The translations under genes were made by a program, and so were the position numbers. The notes under the pieces were generated by a model. It saw nothing but the letters and a program-made list of their open reading frames with translations, ran no database searches and was not told where the DNA came from. A stretch of DNA of 24,673 nucleotides from a virus (Duplodnaviria; Caudoviricetes): positions 1 to 24,673 of the IMG/VR virus record IMGVR_UViG_3300020727_000729, one strand, 5' to 3'. This document shows positions 23,818 to 24,673 of the stretch, piece after piece (position 1 is the stretch's first letter; each line of letters opens with the position of its first letter).

Positions 23818-24615
23818 TTAAAAATATGAGCCATTAATGCGCGGAAACCACGTATCACCATAGCCGTGCGGTGTTTTAGTATTTTCGTAATCCTTACGAA
23901 CTTCGCATTGATACGATTTACCTAGTCCGATTGCAATGCTTAGTGCAACGCTTTGGTTTCCGATAAATTGCTCGCATCCTTGAATGACCTGAGCTAATTC
24001 TAGCAGATCTTTTGTTTCATAATATTCAATCTTAACGCCGAACAGTTGTTCAAAGTCTGCGTGTTCTTCTTTGGATCCTACAAACACTGCATATTCACCT
24101 AGGCCATTTGAAGTCCAATTAGTCCATTCGTCACTAGGTGCACCGTATAGATATCTAACTGTGCGATTGACCACTATTGGCTTACCTGGAATTTTGATAG
24201 GTTCAACCGGAGTTAGCCAAGGTTCAAGCAGCAATTTATTGCGGATTGCAGAATCATGAATGTCTAAACCCTGTGTCATTGCATAACATTCAGTTTGATT
24301 TCCCTGCCATCCTTTGATAAGATGGAATTTCCAATGATCATGCATTGACTCAAATTTTACAGATTCACCTTCCCAAACTTTTACAGTTTGCAGATAATCT
24401 TGTGCTTGAAGCAATGGCTCAATAGCATCATAATCTTTTTGAGTGTAACGACCTTTTGCAGGTCCGGCATCGCGCCATCCGAAATTTTCTTGAGCAAACT
24501 TGTCTAACGCATTAAGTTTTACGTACAAGTCTCCTCCGCCTAGCAATTTAACCAAGCATAGGCTGTAAATGGTATCACCAAAAGTGCCCATTGTTGAGAA
24601 ACTATGTGTTGTCAT
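23818..24615 (-). CDS. Glycosyltransferase, GT9/heptosyltransferase-like (GT-B fold)
   Basis: Likely start MTTHSF at 24615 (AAGGA RBS); GTFGDTIYSL, FVGSKEE, DLLELAQVIQGCEQFIGNQS..LSIAIGLGK. Confidence 0.65.
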   Translation of the reverse strand: MTTHSFSTMGTFGDTIYSLCLVKLLGGGDLYVKLNALDKFAQENFGWRDAGPAKGRYTQKDYDAIEPLLQAQDYLQTVKVWEGESVKFESMHDHWKFHLIKGWQGNQTECYAMTQGLDIHDSAIRNKLLLEPWLTPVEPIKIPGKPIVVNRTVRYLYGAPSDEWTNWTSNGLGEYAVFVGSKEEHADFEQLFGVKIEYYETKDLLELAQVIQGCEQFIGNQSVALSIAIGLGKSYQCEVRKDYENTKTPHGYGDTWFPRINGSYF

Positions 24616-24636
24616 TATTATCCTTATTGATCCTGT

Positions 24637-24665
24637 ATTATACAATGTTTAAGAGACGTTTGCAA
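24637..24665 (-). promoter_or_regulatory. sigma70-type promoter for the sugar operon
   Basis: Minus strand TTGCAA, 17 nt, TATAAT, 21 nt upstream of ATG 24615. Confidence 0.65.
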
Positions 24666-24673
24666 TCGGAGAT

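Noticed and set aside
20-24615. Window-wide TAG reassignment (genetic code 15/16)
   Set aside because: Genes translate full length under code 11 with high coding density, and only one in-frame TAG was found. Recoding elsewhere in the genome cannot be excluded.
16274-24615. Bacterial O-antigen locus or chimeric host contig
   Set aside because: No wzx/wzy/wzm genes, composition is similar to the rest of the window, and it shares a clean bidirectional terminator with the phage-type block. A phage origin is more likely but unproven.
1-24673. CRISPR array, rRNA, IS element or integrase
   Set aside because: No regularly spaced repeats, rRNA-like sequence, transposase or recombinase motifs seen.

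Overview
This window looks like part of a large (jumbo-type) dsDNA bacteriophage genome, probably infecting a proteobacterium (inference). It is gene-dense, AT-rich, and carries both sigma70-type promoters and T4-late-like (T)ATAAATA boxes. The left two-thirds (+ strand) holds two CCA-encoding tRNAs that both read as amber suppressors (anticodon CUA), a YqeY-like protein, a NAMPT C-terminal remnant, an AAA ATPase, a ParB/DGQH-like plus HNH gene pair, a DEDDh exonuclease, a metallophosphoesterase, many small orphans, and an hsp20-clpS-heme oxygenase-PcyX-like block. Three GIY-YIG-type homing endonuclease genes are inserted antisense. The right third (- strand) is a nucleotide-sugar and glycosyltransferase operon. 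Two signals stand out. (1) A PTH2-family gene missed by the ORF track (8880-9257) has TAG as its third codon (ATG-GCA-TAG), in a window that encodes two CUA tRNAs and almost never stops on TAG; this is a candidate amber-readthrough-gated translation module. (2) A ~70-nt leader with compensatory base changes precedes all three antisense endonuclease genes. All family assignments come from motif recognition by eye; no database search was run.
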